Translations under genes and position numbers: made by a program | Part shown: positions 62,301 to 64,000 of the stretch, piece after piece | Layout of the letters: each line of letters opens with the position of its first letter | How positions within the stretch are numbered: position 1 is the first letter of the stretch | Notes under the pieces: model-generated | What the model saw: only the letters and a program-made list of their open reading frames with translations | Databases searched by the model: none | Told to the model about the DNA's origin: nothing | From: Monocercomonoides exilis PA203 | Lineage: Eukaryota; Protista; Preaxostyla | DNA length: 64,000 bases | NCBI GenBank assembly: GCA_001643675.2 | Contig: LSRY02000003.1 | Location: forward strand, 2,108,001 to 2,172,000 | Reading direction: 5' to 3'

Positions 62301-64000
62301 AAATCGGAAGGAAATTCTTTGATACAGCTGCATTTGAATGATATTTCTCAATCAACTTCTTCCTCTTCCTCTTCTTCTTCTTCTTCCATCGGTTCACCAG
62401 ATATTTCAACCCACCAGCTCACATTATCCAAACTATCCAAAAGACACACGATTTGGCAGCATCTTTCGTCAGAAGTGTCAAAAGAAGCAGAAAATGTGAT
62501 GTCTGAACGGCGCTATCGGCGCATTCAGTTGCAGAAGCTTCACAAATCACTCGGTCAGTTCTTTGAGCAGAAAGAGCATTCGTTTGAGGAGCAGAGGAAG
62601 GAGATATGCGGTGCGATTGCGTCGATGGTGAGGGAGTTCTGGAGAGAAGCAGAAGAATACGTGGCTTTGAAACACGCTGTGCGCAAAGAGGAGGCGCTGT
62701 CGCAGGTGAAGACGCAGTCGTTTGAGTCGTTTGTGAGGCAGATGGAGTCGTGGAGCAGCAACATCGCCGCTCATATGGAGGGGGAAGAGGAGGAAGGAGA
62801 AGAAGGAGAAGGAGGAAGAGAAGGGCATTTGATGGGAGATGAAGAGGGAAAAAGAGGAAAAGACAGAAATGAGCTTGATGCACTGCAAAAGGATGCAGAA
62901 TTGCCACTCGAAGAATTGTTAAAGAAAATGTATAATTCTGCATATTTGGATTATGACAGAGGAAATGAAGAAAATGAAATGGAAATTGGAGACAGATTTG
63001 TTGAAGAAACAGAAAAACAAAGCGAATTAACTTCAACTTTGGAAGAAAAAGAGGAAAGTTTGATGAAAAAGAATGAAACTTCTATGATGAGCATGGAAGA
63101 TGGAAATGAATCTCAAATGCAAAGAGAGGAAAAACAAATAGAAGAAGATGATTCTGATGAAAACAAAGCAGAGACTGAGAAAGTTGCAACTCAATTAACT
63201 GAAAATTCATTCACCACAAATCCTTCAGAAGCAAATGAATGTGTGAAAGAAAGTGGAACATCGCAAACATCCTCATCTCCATCCAAAACAACATCTGAAT
63301 CCAACTCCAGCAACCAATTCCAACTTTCCTCATCATCCTCATCCTCTTCCTCCTCCCCCTCCTCATCTTCCCCCACTCCCACCATCTCTATTTCTCCGAA
63401 CAATTTCTCCGAAGAAGATTCCGATCTCCCCCCAACCGCCCCTTCCTCCCCTCACTCAATGATCCTCCGTGTGAGTGCCACTGCAACAGATGCAGCGCCC
63501 ACCGGGTGCACACTCGCCTCTTCCAATGTGCACACACCCGTTCCCTTTCTGCTGAGAGGCCCAGGGCCACTGCGCGAGTACCAGCAGATTGGGCTCGACT
63601 GGCTGGCGACGATGTACGAGAAAGGGCTGAATGTCATCCTGGCTGACGAGATGGGGCTGGGGAAGACGGTGATGGCGATTGCGCTGCTGGCACATTTGGC
63701 GTGTGAGAAGGGGATTTGGGGGCCGCACTTGATTGTCGTCCCTTCGTCGGTCTTGCTGAACTGGGAGGTGGAGCTGAAGAGATGGTGCCCGGCGTTTAAG
63801 ATCCTGTCTTACTACGGCACAGCGGCAGAGCGGAAAGCAAAGAGAGAAGGCTGGTCGCGGCCTAACTCCTTCCACGTGTGTGTAACGTCGTACAAGCTGG
63901 TGACACAAGATTACCGTGTGTTTCGGTCAAAGCAGTGGTGCTACCTCATCCTGGATGAGGCGCACAACATCAAAAATTTCAAGACGCAGCGCTGGCAGAT
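59390..64000 (+). CDS. SWR1: SWR1/SRCAP-family Snf2 chromatin-remodelling ATPase, 5' part; predicted join(59390..59580,59657..>64000)
   Basis: HSA-like region (IASMVREFWREAE), ELDALQKDAELPLEELL, PTGCTL..VPFLLRG..LREYQ..GLDWL..ILADEMGLGKT, WGPHLIVVP, LILDEAHNIKNFK; phase-2 GTTTGT..TTGCAG intron restores the frame. Confidence 0.92.

Noticed and set aside
59644-63908. Minus-strand ORFs over the SWR1 region
   Set aside because: Antisense shadows of the long plus-strand exon, which is missing from the ORF track only because it has no stop within the window
56606-64000. Host uses the TAA/TAG=Gln code
   Set aside because: The USP frame ends in TAA and the long host frames read through without in-frame TAA/TAG, consistent with the standard code
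1-64000. tRNA or rRNA genes
   Set aside because: No cloverleaf or rRNA-like conserved segments noticed; tRNAscan-SE and Infernal were not run

Overview
AT-rich eukaryotic DNA (GT-AG introns, standard genetic code). It is most likely an oxymonad such as Monocercomonoides; this is an inference from recalled gene families, not a database result. The first ~55 kb is a rearranged accessory region and the last ~8 kb holds two housekeeping genes, a USP-family deubiquitinase (minus strand) and a SWR1/SRCAP-type remodeller (plus strand, running off the window). The accessory region has three linked layers. (1) Eight paralogous Pmp-like (GGA[LI]/FxxC) beta-helix surface-protein frames. These are mosaics of one another, mostly lack an ATG and signal peptide, yet stay open across the variable domain; only the last copy has a signal peptide. 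(2) A ~30 kb quasi-palindrome whose inner 7.1 kb arms (8422-15544 and 18424-25544) are almost identical and whose spacer is exactly one mobile element. (3) A tyrosine-recombinase element family with terminal inverted repeats: E1 at 15499-18469, E2 at 50785-54766, and a short non-coding relative at ~50069-50784. E1 and E2 keep the DIRS-type RNaseH tail, methyltransferase-like and YR modules but show no recognisable reverse transcriptase. Their TIRs are built from 6-bp-arm/6-bp-spacer palindromes resembling tyrosine-recombinase sites. The candidate undescribed system is an RT-less, DIRS-derived YR element that seeds palindromes or inversions within an archive of recombining surface-protein cassettes. 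Identities quoted are by-eye estimates unless an exact block is given.
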